Shown: positions 1-12,868 of the stretch, piece by piece
Layout: each line of letters begins with the position of its first letter
Numbering within the stretch: the first letter of the stretch is position 1
Source: Lama glama
Lineage: Eukaryota
Direction: 5' to 3'
Assembly (NCBI GenBank): GCA_028534125.1
Contig: CM052818.1
Location: 45,386,001-45,450,000, forward strand
DNA length: 64,000 nt
Translations under genes and position numbers: made by a program
The notes under the pieces: generated by a model
Database searches by the model: none
What the model saw: only the letters and a program-made list of their open reading frames with translations
Told to the model about the DNA's origin: nothing

Positions 1-1124
1 TTTAAAAAAAATTTATTTTTATACCAAGACAATATAAATTAATGGCAATACAATCGGAAACAAGAAGTAGAAGCTACTGGGTATTCTTTTAACTTTTCAC
101 AAGATTAAATGCAGATTTTTTTTTAATCTTTCTTAAGCACAATTGGAGATATACTGGTGGAAAAAACATTTATAAAAATAAATGCTTTCTTTTGAACAGC
201 TTTTTGGAGAGAGACCCATTCATTAAGTTAATTTGAAAATTAACTTTGGTTTTCTTAGTTTTGTAGGTGTGAGTGTGATTTTGGAGGTGCATTTCTTCAT
301 ATACAACTGGATGGTAGATGAACTTGAGATGCTGTGAGCAAACAGGCAGATGTGTGAATTAACATAAACGGGCTGTAGACCCTGTCAGTGCCGCGGGCAG
401 CCGGATGCAGGCCTTCCAGATCAGGCAGGCCCTCCCTTCTTTGTTTTCTCCCTCCTGTTTCTACATTGTTCCTTGTCTCTTCAGGTCCCCCTTCTGCCTC
501 TGCTTGTGTGCAGACTGGCCTGCTCCCCGCAGCAGGCAACAGTGTGGGTCGTATTGCTACCTCTGGTCTGAGAGGCAGAGTGTGTTTCCAGAAAAAAATT
601 GTGTGTGTGTGTGTACGTACAGACACTGTCACCAGGAAGAGGCTCTTGTTACCTGGGCAGCCAACCCAACCTGTGTCGTGGTACCAGCCCCACCCCCCAC
701 CTGTTTCATTTCCTGGAACTTTGCTTTCTCAGCTTATCCCCTAATCTGTTCATGGACCTTTCTTGTGACTTTCTTCTCTGTTTCCCAGCTGCTCTGTTCA
801 GGCTGAGAGTGTGAGAAGTTAAAGGAGGACGCTGCCAGCTGGAGTTCTTCCCTAGGGGTTGAGGGTTGTGCTCCAGGCCTGGGGGTCAGGCTCTCCCACA
901 CCTCTACCTGGCCTTCCCAGACCCCTTTTTTCCCTCTTTCTTTGGGGTCCTCCCTGTGGTGTGGGGACTCAGTGCACCCCGTGTGAAATTCCAGGTGCAG
1001 TGGCGGCCGCTGACAGAGGGGGCTCACTGCCTAGGGCTCATCTGAGTCTGGGCATTGGAGCGTCCCAGGTCTGGGAGGGTGGATCCACTCTGGACACTTG
1101 GGACGCTGGCAGTGGGGCCAGCCT

Positions 1125-1320
1125 GACCCGGGGTGGGATCCCAGCCCTGTTGCCCACCAGTTCCGTAACCACTGACCATTTAACCTCTCTGAGTCTCATA
1201 TCCTCCTGTCAGTGAGCCTGACACTTCATTTAGGTGAGGAGTAAATGGGGTTCATCCGTAGTGAGCCTCTCACACAGTGTGGGACCCGGGAGTGCCCGGT
1301 AAAGCATCTCGCTCATCAGT
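1125..1320 (+). mobile_element. MIR SINE fragment
   Basis: Core-like sequence gggatcccagccctg...catttaacctctctgagtctca...; boundaries approximate. Confidence 0.6.
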
Positions 1321-2049
1321 CACCCTCCGCTCCCCTCTGCACATACCTTGCTGAACTCAGCGTGATCTTTATAGTCTTTAATATCAAGGTTTTCCCGGAG
1401 CGAGGTGCCCTCAGCTTTTGTTCCAGGGGCTTCCTGAAGGGGCAAATGGAGGGGCCTAAGCTGAAGCTGTGACAGACATTCAAGAAAACCTTGAAGAGAC
1501 AGTCACAGGATACATCCTCCAGCCCCCACTGTCCCCCTGCTGATCCCTTGAACAGCCCCGCCTCTCCAGGATGGAGACTCCTGGAGTACCTGCTGTGACC
1601 CCCATGTTTCTTTGAAGTCTTCTGTTTTAAAATGTTACACGAGTTTCATGCTCCATAACTTTGCTGTTTTTCCAACATCTTCCTCACCAGCCCTGGGTCG
1701 GGGCAGTGCTTCTCCCAGGTCTCCACCACAAGATGCAGGTAGGAGAGGCACCACCTAAAGATGGGCTTGGGTTTTATGGCAGGACCATCCTGGGCGTTAC
1801 TGAGTGATGACTTCTCTAATCCTGCACCAGGCCCCATCATTCTCTGGTTCCCCCGTCCTCATGCCTAAATTTCTTTTTCCCCAACTGTTAAAGAATTGAA
1901 ATTCCCCCCCCCCAACTACCAGAAGAAGAGAGGTTTCTTTAAAGTGGGAGAAATTCCAGCATGACTGCGTGCTGCTAGGAATAGTCCAGGAAAAGGAAAA
2001 AGTGATGTCAGACAGGGGACAGTATTGGAGTGACACTGGTGAGTGAGTG

Positions 2050-2525
2050 TGGCAGTTGTTGCTGCTGCTGCGTAACGAATTACCCGCAAACATAGTGGCT
2101 TAAGATAACAGTTACCTAACAGCTTCAGTGGATCGGGAATTCAGGAGCGGCTTTGCTGGGTGGTTCTGACTCCTGGCCTTTCATGAAGGTATGATCAAGA
2201 CACCAGCCAAGGCTACAGTCATCTAAAGGCTTGACTGGGGCCAGAGGCTCCCCCTTCCAAGCTCACGCCCACAGCTGTGGACAGGAGGCTTCAGTCCCAT
2301 GCCACACGGGCCTCTCCATAAGCCTCTGCTTGAGTGTCCTCCCTTCCCCCAGAGCAAAGGCTCCCAGAGAGCAAAAGACCACGATAGCAGCCACAGTGCT
2401 TTTCATGACCTGGTATCATCGCTTACACTGTCTCTGGTTTGTTACAAGTGGGTCGCTAAGTACAGTCACACACGGTGAAAGAGGAACTAGGCGCCATCTT
2501 TTTAGTGGCAGGGGTGTCAAGGAGG
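2050..2525 (-). mobile_element. MaLR LTR (MLT1F/G/H-like)
   Basis: gctgcgtaacgaattacccgcaaacatagtggcttaagataac and aaggcttgactggggccagaggctcc...ttccaag resemble the reverse complement of MLT1 LTRs. Confidence 0.7.
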
Positions 2526-2709
2526 ATTACAGATCAAGTACAGGGCACCCAGTTACATTTGAATTTCAGACAAATGACTTATTAGTATAGATACATATAG
2601 ATACATCCCAAATATTACATGGGACATACTTAACATTAAAAACTCACTTATCTGAAATCCAAAGGTAATGGATGACTATATTTTCATTTGTTAGATTGGG
2701 CAACCCTAG
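2525..2709. mobile_element. MER53 palindromic hAT MITE
   Basis: acccagttacatttgaatttcagacaaa...tcccaaatattacatgggacatactta...ttatctgaaatccaaa...ggcaacccta matches the MER53 layout with a central palindrome. Confidence 0.85.
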
Positions 2710-3304
2710 AAAGACTTCTTGGACATTTTTTAGCTCCAGCACGCTAGCTTCAGAGGGAACGGGTTTTAGAGCTCTGACCTCACACAGACACGCGAGGAGG
2801 CAGAGGACCAGGCAGTTCAGGCAGGCAGGCGACAGAGAAGCAGATGGATGCAGAGCTTTTTTCTCACTGGAGAGGCCAGATTCGGGCCGAGGCGAGCTGC
2901 TTTCCCCGCTCACCTCGTCCTGAGCTGCTGTGCTTCCGCACCGAGCACCCGCTTGGTGCAGAGCCCTTGTTCCGGGTGAGCGTCTTAATCCCCAGGAACC
3001 ATCCACCCAGTTCCTTTCTCTGCCTCCTACCCCGGGATCGTCTTCGGAGAGCACCCAGAGTAATGAAACACAGGACACCGAGTTGAGAAGCCTGGGTTCT
3101 GCCTTTGCTTTTCTTCTGATTTTATTGCCTCTCTGAGTTTCCAAAATTCTACCTCAGTATTTTTCGGATGCTTTTTTCCTCTGTTCCACAGTAAGAAACA
3201 CATTTGACAGGGCGACCCAGGACACGTGTGTATCAAAAGTGTTACCACGCGTACCCCTCAGCATTTAAAGCAGGCTGGTGTTTTTCTGTTCTATCCTATT
3301 ACAG

Positions 3305-3418
3305 TTCCTTTACCCCCACTCTCCTCCCCAAAATAAGTTCACGCCTGTTAAATTGATTTCACGACCCCTCTAACGATGGCTCCATCCCTGAGCTGGAAAC
3401 CGCCACCTACCCTGACAG
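3305..3418 (+). ncRNA. Candidate non-coding exon (114 nt)
   Basis: Polypyrimidine acceptor tttttctgttctatcctattacag ends at 3304 and donor cag|gtgagt starts at 3419. All three frames contain stops. There is no transcript evidence. Confidence 0.25.
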
Positions 3419-5049
3419 GTGAGTTGTGTCATTAGGCTCCAGGAGCATGTGGCAAAGCGCCTAAAATTTGTCCCCCAAACCTATAATTGTTGCTATGACT
3501 TCTAATAGTGATAAGTTGTGTAGTGAGACGTTTTGCTGGAGCTTCTGTGTGAATTTTTTGAATGAACACACTAGATGAGTATTTTAACTGCTTTTTTCCC
3601 CCAAAGTTCTATGTTCAGTATAAATTAAATGCAAAATAGATTTTATAGGACAGTGTTAGTGGGTTTTTATAAGAAAATTTTTTAAGATTTTGTGATTCTT
3701 AGGTGAACTTTCAATGCATTAAAAATCTGGGTGTTTTATTTGATTGATTTTGGTTTTGAAATGGTTTTTAAACCTCACGTTACTTGTGTAGCCAGCCATG
3801 AAGTTGAAACAAAATCCTGCAGTTTATGCTGTCATTATTTTTAAGGAAATATAGATGATGACAGTTACATAACTCTTCTACCCTTTGTAAAAGACCTGTC
3901 TCCATGTTTCTTGTTCGATGCAAAACTTGTCTCTTTTGCGTTGAGAATACTAAAAATAATGTCTTTTAGTCCAAGAAAAGTCCAAAGCAAATTAATGTGC
4001 TGGGTCTTGAAGTGACTGAATTCTACTAAAAACTTTGAAAGAGGGCAGCAAAGTATTAGAAAAAGTATACATGTAAATAAATATTATAAGAAGATACTTG
4101 ATTATTTCTTTGACATCCCTATCCAAATTGGCATAAAATTGTTTTCTCCTCAGGAAAATACGGAATTGCCTTATATTTGGCGCTTCCTTACATTTAGGCC
4201 TATATAGCAGCTTGATTTAGGGAACATGTAGGGAAAAGAAATTCCAGTCCTCATAATTTTTATTCTTGAAATTCATTTTTTTATTCTCATAAATTTTCCA
4301 AAATTAGTGCAATAAAAAGGCCTACCAGTTACATTTGAACACTTCTTTGGGGGAATTGGGGTGCTGCCTCCTACTCAAAACACGTTAACCATCACGAGCA
4401 CATCCTGGGTGAATGGCAGTGTATTAACCAAAGTTCTGTCCTTGTGCTTGAAGATGCGATGGCCTAGAGCCAAGTGTCTGTGTGGCGTCCTGCTGCCCAG
4501 CTCCGGGCTGGACACCAGCCACATGCTCCCTGTCTTCCTGCCTACTGAGCCGCACACACGCGTTTTAATTGGGGAGGAAGTTGTTACTCTCTGCCGGTGC
4601 TGGGTTCCAGACTCTGTGACGATTTTGTAAACCCAGATGGAACTTCAAAGTTGCAGGGCCAAATGCTTTCCTGTCGGGTGGGAGGGAGGCCAACTGTGTT
4701 TTTCTAGTAGCCTTGAGTTTCTTTCCGATTCAGGACAGCATCATGAATTCCAGACTCTCAGGACCTTCAAGTTCAGCTGGCCTGATTGGATTTCCCCTGT
4801 TGTGTCCCTTTGAACTCACCGTCCAGTTTCTGCTAACACCCGGCTGACAAACGGCCCTCCTCCCATGTCAGACGCTCCAGTTGTGAGTTAAAACTGGGGA
4901 ACTTGAAACCTCCTTCCTCCTCCTCCCCTCCCCCTCCCACCCCTGCTGGGTCTGCCTCCCAGGTTCCCCAGGGGCAAGCCTCCCGTCGGCCCGTCGCCCC
5001 GTCGCCCTGCTTCTGCTCCCTCAGCACCATCCCTGCTCTGTCCACTCAA

Positions 5050-5400
5050 GAACTGAAGCTCTTAGATGAGGAAAGCTCATCTCCCAGTTTTGCCGGGTCT
5101 GAGACCTGCTCCTCCCACACTGCAGGGCTCCTTTGCATGCTGGGCACTGTCTCGCCCTTGGCTCATCCTCCCCCACCCACACAGGTGGGGATGTGCCCTG
5201 GGATTCCCTCTTCCTCTCACAGGACCACCTCTCCTACCACACGGCCTCCGACCTCTCATCTGTGTGCCCTCCAGCACCTCAAGTCAACATGCCCGAAACA
5301 CAATGCGTTGGCCCCTTGCCCCACCCACCCAAAGACTTGTCCCTCCTCCCGCTCACTCTCCAATAACCTGAGTCAAAATCATGGTTCGTATCAGTATCTG
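5050..5400 (+). mobile_element. L2 LINE fragment
   Basis: gcacctcaagtcaacatgcccgaaac and flanking pyrimidine-rich L2-like sequence. Confidence 0.55.
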
Positions 5401-5419
5401 TTGATCTCTCTGTGCAGAT

Positions 5420-5680
5420 GACCAAGCAAAGGGCTCTGTTCCCCTGGAGCTCACATCTCCATGGGAGGACGGACAACCTCTCATAATAGTAGTAGTGATG
5501 AGCACCGTGCAGGCTGGGGAAGCGGAGGTGGGAGGCCCAGATGGGACCCGTTACTGAGTTAACTAGGCTACGCCAGGGTGGGCCTGGCTGAGAAGGTGAG
5601 AGTGGAGCAAGGCTTGAAGGTGGGAAGGGACACTGGCCAGGGTGTCTGGGGGAGGAACATTCTAGGCAGAGATACTGAAG
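5420..5680 (-). mobile_element. L2 LINE fragment
   Basis: gagaaggtgagagtggagcaaggcttgaagg...ggaggaacattctaggcagag is typical of antisense L2. Confidence 0.55.
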
Positions 5681-6214
5681 AAGCCGTCAGAGAGCTTGTA
5701 AAACAGAGTTCCTGATTTAGTGGGTCTGAAATGGGGCCAGAAACTTAGTGCTTCTCGAATCACAGCTGTTGCTGCTGCTGACCTAGGCCCGGCTTTGAGA
5801 GCCACTGAGCAGAGGCCCCAGGACAGGGTTTTGCCTGGATGTTCAAGGAAGAACCTGTTGGCCTCTGTGTCTGGCACGGAGTTTTGGACTTTCGTGATTG
5901 AGGCAGGAGCAGCTGGATGGGTCTGTGGAAACCGCCCCGGCCCGTAGATGTTGGCTCTGCAGACTGAGCCCCAGCTGCAAGGTGCTGGTGGAGCAGCACT
6001 TCCTGACCTCAGACCCCCGACGGCCCCGCCTCCTCCTTCCCTCCCACCGGTCCTGATCCTCCAGGCCAGGCCGCTTTTTCTGCACAGGAAAGGCAGCAAG
6101 AGTCTGGGGTCCCCCAGCCATGCTGTGGGAAACTCTGAGCCTTTCATGATGAAGGGCTTTCAAAACCCAGAATGGAGTCTAATGAGCAGAGAAAACAAGG
6201 AAACAAGAGGAGCC

Positions 6215-6420
6215 CTGGGTTTGGCTCAGACTTGCTCGTGGTTAAGCTACCAGTCAGTAGCCAAGTCACTTAACCCATCCGTGCCTTGGTGTCTACATCT
6301 ATAAAATGGGTTTAATAGTATCTGTCCCCTAAAGACTTCAGAGGATGGAGCTTAATGAATGAGGTCCATTAAACTCCTCAGAAGAAAGGCGTAACTAAAT
6401 ATAAAGCACTATTGTAATTA
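6215..6420 (+). mobile_element. MIR SINE
   Basis: ccaagtcacttaacccatccgtgccttggtgtctacatctataaaatgggtttaatagta matches the MIR core. Confidence 0.65.
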
Positions 6421-6797
6421 GCTCTCAGGTTCTTTAAACCAGGTCGCATCTTGTTTTAAGAGGGTTACCATGACAACAGGTTTGTTTGAAAAACACACAC
6501 AAAAAAAGTGCAGCTGTAAATCTTACAATAAGTAAACTTTATTTTCCTGGTTTCTATTGTAATTAAGAACCAAATAGCTCCCCACTGATGGTCTTCCACT
6601 GACAGCCAGCCATCACTGAAACTGTTAACTTCTGTGTCTTGAATGCCACTGTGGCACGGACTGCGTGATTATTTCTTCTGCACACGTAATAAATGATGTT
6701 GAGTTAGTGAATTCACAGCGCCTGGCACTCCATAGGCTCTGAGTGTTTGCTGGCTGCGTAGAATGGAGATATCATCACACCGTTAAAAACATGGAAT

Positions 6798-7330
6798 TGT
6801 ATTAATCAGGGTTCCCCAGAGAAAACAGAACCTACAGGAGATTTTATATGTGTATGAAGAGATTTACTATAAGGAATTGGCCCACATGATTACAGAGGCT
6901 GGCAAGTGCCAAGACGTGCAGTCAGCAAGCTGGAAACCCAGGGGACCCAAACTAGGGTGTAGTTCCAGTCTGAGCCTGGAGGCCTGAGAGCCGGGAGAGT
7001 GGAAGGTGGTGTCCCAGACGGAAGCCAGCAGGCTGCAGACCAAGAGCCGAGTTTTCAGCCTGAGTCCGGAGGCCAGAAAAGACCAATGTCCCAGCTCCCA
7101 GTCGAGCAGGAAAAGTTCCCTCTAGTTCTGCCGTCTTGTTCTATTCAGGTCTTCAGCAGACCAGATGGGGCCATTCACACTGGGGAGGGCCCTCTGCTTT
7201 GCTCAGTCCACCCGTTAGAATGCTTATCTCATCCAGAGACACCCCCACAGGCACATTGGAGATAATGTCTGGCCAAGTGCTGGGCCACCCTATGGCCCAG
7301 CCGAGTTGACACATGAAATTAACTGTCACA
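6798..7330 (-). mobile_element. MLT2 (ERVL) solo LTR
   Basis: Starts tgtattaatcagggttccccagagaaaacagaacc and ends gttgacacatgaaattaactgtcaca; TG...CA termini; MLT2B-like in reverse. Confidence 0.85.
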
Positions 7331-10300
7331 CTGATGTTTGCCACCCACTTACTGTATGCAAGGCTTGGAACCCCACACACCCCGAGTTGCTGGCTCAGCC
7401 TTGCTGAATGAATCAAAGGTCAGTGAACAGGTGGACACGGGGAAGACTCGCTGGTTTCAGCCAAACGCGGAACAGAAACCGGGTGTTATTTCAAGGCATC
7501 AGCAAAGGTTTGGGAACAGCCAGGAGGCTTGGGAGCAGGCGTGAAGAAAATACTACAAATTCAGATTGGAAGATGAGGCTAAAAAGGTTAAGGAGGCTGG
7601 CAGAGAACACAACTTGAGTCATTAGCAATGAGGAAAATGATGAGGTTGGGTCTGAGGTGAGCAGAGGGCCAAGGTGTGTCCCAGCTCGAAGAACCCAGTG
7701 TTGGCTGGGTTTTTCCTCTCTCCTGGAACAAAAAATGTGCTGTCTGTCCATGAACTTCGAGTGAGAAAGCAAATCTTCTCCAAGACCAGAAGTCCTCCCT
7801 GCTGACTCGGCAGGTCTCTGTGCTCCTGGACTTGAAATCACAGGACTGTTTCTGTTCAGAGGGCCCGACCCAAGGCGTGTTCGCCGCTGCTACACCCACC
7901 CTCTCTGACTGACAGACTGACAGACCGACAGACAGGGGCTGCATGCCCGGCCTCAGGGCTGTCAGGAACCCAGCCAGGCTTGGAGCTCAGAGTGTGTGGC
8001 CAATTAACCTCCCCCCACCCCAGCCATCTCACCAGGAGAGGGGAATCCAGAATCCCCAGGGGGTGCTCTGCACGCAGCGGAACCTGGGGCTACAGATCGT
8101 ACCAAGAGCCAAGACGCTCCACCCACACTCCGAACAAACTGCTTGGAAAAATGCAAGCCCTTAGGGACACACCACAAATTGTCAGAAAGGAATGGGTTTG
8201 GGAGAATCAGGCTTTGAAGAGAAAATAAAGAAGCTGGCAGAGGTGCATGAAGGAAAGACAGGAGGGAGTGACATAGAGCGGGCACCCGTGTAGGCTGGGT
8301 GCGGGGCTCAAATCTGTGCTGGGAGGTTGCCTTATGGAGCCCAGACACCAGGCTGGAGGGCGACTATGGTAGGAAAACTGATGTTCTAGTGGGGACAGAG
8401 CCCTGGCTGGTAAGCGGCAGAGCCAGGCCTTGAAGGCCACAGGCTAAGGGGCCAGCCCTTGCCCAGACTGGATTGGGGGTTCGGCCCCAGGGCTGGGACG
8501 GACTGGGCTGAACTGGATGGGCAAGGGGGACAGAACTGACTGTGGCCATTGGAAACCAGGAGGGCTTCCCAGCAGAGGGTTCTTGCAGATGAGAAGCAGC
8601 AAGTGGCAAGAAGGTGTGATGAGCAGGAGCAACCGACAAACGCAGGACGTGGAGGCGGACACGTGGAAGGAGCCCCCCACCCCCACAGAGCTCCTGGCTG
8701 GCAGGGCCAGGCGGCGATGGCAGCTCTCGGAAATGGGAGGCAGGTCCAGACCTGTGGGCCTCTCTTCACCCATGAGGGCAATCCTCCTGCCAGAGGGGGG
8801 GATGGGGCGTTAAGAAATGACTGCTGGAAAATAGTTAATTTCCTTCAGGGTTTGGCCTAGCAGGTAGGGTCATTGCCTCTCACGTGGTCAAGTACAGCCC
8901 ACAGGAAGGAGAACCAGCATGGTCTCCTTTCTTCATGGAGAGCTGAGTGTCAGGCGCCACACGATGCTACACGGAGAAACTCAGGTTTGGGGACTGCGAC
9001 CCACCCGCTCACCCTCAGCCCGGGGAGTCCACAGGGGCCTCGCCATCTAAGGGTTCTGTGCGAGTCTCCTCACTCTCCGTTCTTCCTGTCTCTCATTATT
9101 AATTTCCAAATCTTAGCTCTTCATTCCCAGGGCCATCCATCGTCTTTACCCTTAACCCCCCAATTCACTCTTCCAGCCCCGGCCATCTCTGGGGGACGGG
9201 CTGTGTCGGCCCCCAGCAGCCCCGTCGCAGCTGATGCTGATAAAGGGTAAGGGGGCTGGAACAGAACACACGGCATGCCTCTCGCCTGTTCTGGGTGCTG
9301 CAGCATCTTCTGGTGACAACAGTGACATCGGGCAAGGCCAGGGTCATGGGCTGAGAGTGCCCTCCCAAAGGCCGTCGGGCTGGCCTGTACCTCTGTGAGC
9401 GTTGTCAGTCGTGTGGGTCGAGAGTTCCTCCTGGTTACTGGTACCCATAGCAACTACCTCTCTGCTATGGGCCACGCCCCCGCCGGGCCTCCCACCTGCA
9501 GAACTCCAGGGACCAGGTTCAGACGAAAACGGCCGTGTTTGCCATTTACCACACCTGGAAACTTGGAAACTTGGAAACTTCCTGGAATTCTCTGTCACAC
9601 GGGCATAAGTACTTCTACCTCACGAGGCTGTGGGAGCATTTCGGGAGGTAAAGTGTGCAAAGAACCAGACAGTGTCTAGAAAATGGTAGGTTGTTCAGCA
9701 TCCCCTCCTCTTCCCCGCCCAGTCTTGCCAACACATTTGGCCCAGCATGAAGCCAACTTGGCTGTAGGTGCGACACTACAGGAACATCCTTCCAGCTGGT
9801 TCTGCCCACAGGACAGTCATCTGACTGTGTGACAAGGTGGCACTACCATGGAAACTCAGCCCCAAATGAGGTCCAGGCCCTACATCAGTGAAATGGGCTC
9901 GCACTTGGGTCACAGGCTTCGTTACCATGGAGGCAGTCGGTGGGGTCCTAGGTTCCGCCCCTCACTGCCTGACCCCATTTGTACCACCACTGTTTCACCA
10001 AGTGGAGCCAAATCTCCAACAGATGGTCATTCCCTCTTCCTGATACAACCTGCCAGACAACTTCCATCTTGGGAGAGCTGTCTCCAAGGACGCTGCCGGT
10101 AAAGGCCAGAAGACACTTCCTGCAACGTGTTTCTCCTGCCTCCTTACTCATGTGGCTGGTGGTTGCCGTGGCCTCCCTTCCCTGCTCAGGACATCACTGA
10201 GACTCCTAATGGAAAAGTCCCTTCTGTCCTTTTCCTGAAGTTTCCTGGATGAGAATAAACCCCAAGCATTGGGTGATTTCAAACATCCTCCTGCACCCAT

Positions 10301-11809
10301 TCACCCCTGTCCTTTCTCCCTCTGATTTCAAAATTCTAATCTCTTAGGTGTCAAATATTTGACTTTTTCCAAAAGCTGATCTGTGGTTTAAATAACAGCA
10401 CACAATACAGAAATCTGACTTACAGCTCAGTAGTTTTTAGAAAATATTTCTGTCATTTCTCGGCTGCAGAATGTCTGCTGGAAACACCTCACTGTGTGTC
10501 CATTTCTCCCCGAGGGCCTTTGCTGGGCAGAGTGAATGGCAGGAGGCAGCCGGGGGGCGTGGGGCGTGGGAGTGACTGGGGCTGGAGGAGAGGCACCCGA
10601 AGCTGGGGGCCATGAGGCCCTGGGCGCCTGACTTGGTTCACCTGCCTGTGTTCCCAGCTTCCCTTATGAGAACATGGTCTCTAAACAGTACGTGGGGCTT
10701 CAGAGTTTATGTCAGTTATACTTGAAAAGACTTGTTCAATGAGTTTTCTCTTCAAATCCTACAAGCAAGATGTTTTCTGAGCCCCTAGGATGTACCTTGC
10801 ATTGTCCCAGGCAGTGGAGGGAAGGCAGGGGGTTTATAAGAGACAGATAAAACCATGTCTCTCCCTCCATGGGGACACAATTCAGCCAAGAAAAGCATAA
10901 CAGGGCAATACAGGGCAGGGGGGTTGGGGGGAGGAGGTGGGTCTGAAACTCCCGGCACAGGGCTGGCCCGGGGAATGAGTGACCGCCAGCAACTCTGCCA
11001 GGAGGTGCCGAGGGCTCCCTGGGAGCACTGGGGACTGGGTGGGGGGACCTCGATTCTGGAGGAAGTACAACCGGGCAGCTTCTTGAGCCCAAGTATGACT
11101 TGCCCAAATTGAGCCCCTATTTCCTCTGTCAGCACATGACCACGCTCATTCCAACAATGGTTCTTTTCAGAGGCAGGGCCCGGGTGCCCAAAAGGCTTTA
11201 GGAGGAAGCTGGGGGTCATGGGCATGTGTTGGATTCCATTTATACCAAATGGCTTTGAAGCCCTCGTCTTCTCTGGCATCTTGGGTGGGTAAGGTCTGGA
11301 AGGAACCAGGACACTGTCCTCTGGGCCCATCTTGGACCCACTGGTCATCCCAGGTAGCCACCCTGTATCTCCAGGCGGCAGCCTCTTGGCGTGTCCAGGG
11401 GGCAGTGAGGTCCACCTCTGGCGCTGAGAGGATCCCCCAAGGCCGTGCTCTTAAACCATCAGGCCCCACCTCGCAGCTCAATTTTACCTAACTCTTATTA
11501 GAAGAGAAACACAAGCTGATTAATTTAAAAAAAGGAAAGTGAAATTCCCCAGAACCCCGTCTCTCCAGAGACAACCACTGTTTTTAATTGCTTGATCTTC
11601 ATGGTGTTTGGACGTTTGCTGAAAGTAGCTCCGAGCTGGCACGTGGGCTGCAGCCTCCACTGTCCGTGGGGTGCTCGCCGGGCAGAGCGGGTCCGGGGCC
11701 CTGCCAGGGGGCTGGGGGTGCTTTTTGCCCTTAAGGAGCTTTCAGTCTAAGGAAGGAGACAAAAATCCACAAGAAACTGTCATGACCAAGAAGAGCCTAA
11801 GGAGACATG

Positions 11810-12075
11810 ATGACTAAACGTAGTGTGGGGTCCTCGATGGGATTCTGGGGCAGAAATAGGACATTAGGTAAAAAAACAAGAAAATCAGAGTAGACTCTGG
11901 ACTCAAGTTAGTGAAAATGTTTCCGCATCGGTTCATCAACTGTAGCAAATGTGCCACACGAATCTCAGATTCTTGTAATAGTGGAAACCGGTGCGAGTCC
12001 CTGGGGACGCGTTGTACCACCTTCTCAATGTTTCTGTAAACCCAAACCGTTCCAGAAGATTGTGTTACAAAAACA
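11810..12075 (+). mobile_element. Old L1 (L1MC/MD-like) 3' fragment
   Basis: gtgtggggtcctcgatgggattctggggcagaaataggacattag...tttctgtaaacccaaac. Confidence 0.55.
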
Positions 12076-12868
12076 AAAACATGAGATTAGGCAAAATGAT
12101 ACGCGGTTTTTTGAGGTGGAAGGAACTCAAGGCTTTTGGCTCCAGGGATTGACTCAGGGACCCTGCGGGGTGGCCTCCTGGGTGGTGGGCCCTCCCAGCC
12201 ACGTGGTGGGTGAAGGAAGCCAGTCGGATATTCCAGGAGAGAGCAGTCAGAGCTCCATCTGGACCCTGGTCCTCATCCTTCCCTGTCAGGGGCCTGGACA
12301 CGCCCAGGAGAAAGGGAACAGTAACTGGTCCTGGGGGGACAGAAGCCGCCTTACTGCTCTAGCTCAGGCCGCCTCTGCCAGCCACGCAGGAGGGCTCGGA
12401 GGTGCCGACAGATGGATGATCAGTCGATCTGCAGATTCCCGGTCGTGTTTACAGTTGTTTAGTCGCCAGAGGTCAAGTCCAGAGAGCAGCTCTGCGGGCC
12501 CCACAGCTTCCTGCCCGCGGTTGGCCTCCGCCACCGTGTTCCTGTTAAAACGCTCGAGGGGTGTTGGAGCCGAGGGAATTGACCAGCAGACCCGGAGAAG
12601 CCCGGTTCCTCCTGGTTGCTTCCCCTGGACGTGTGTTTGTGAAGGTCTCTGCCATCACAACTCTTTGGAAAAGTCTAGAAATAGGAAACAAGAGTCCCAG
12701 CTGAGTGTCTAGGTGATACGAGAGTCTAAAAAGAATTAAAATCATTTCCTCCACGGCTGCCAAGTTTGGAAGCCCTACCCAGATCTGCACATCCTGCACA
12801 TGCCTCAACTTGAATCTCCCTCCCTGTCCTCCACTCCAGCCCGGCCTGCACACGGGGAGCCAGCGCCT

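Noticed and set aside
9557..9591. ggaaactt x3 short repeat
   Set aside because: A simple slippage microrepeat with no spacers; not CRISPR-like.
11951..12712. 253-aa ORF
   Set aside because: It starts inside an L1 fragment, has no recognisable domain, and has the composition of a chance ORF in GC-rich DNA.
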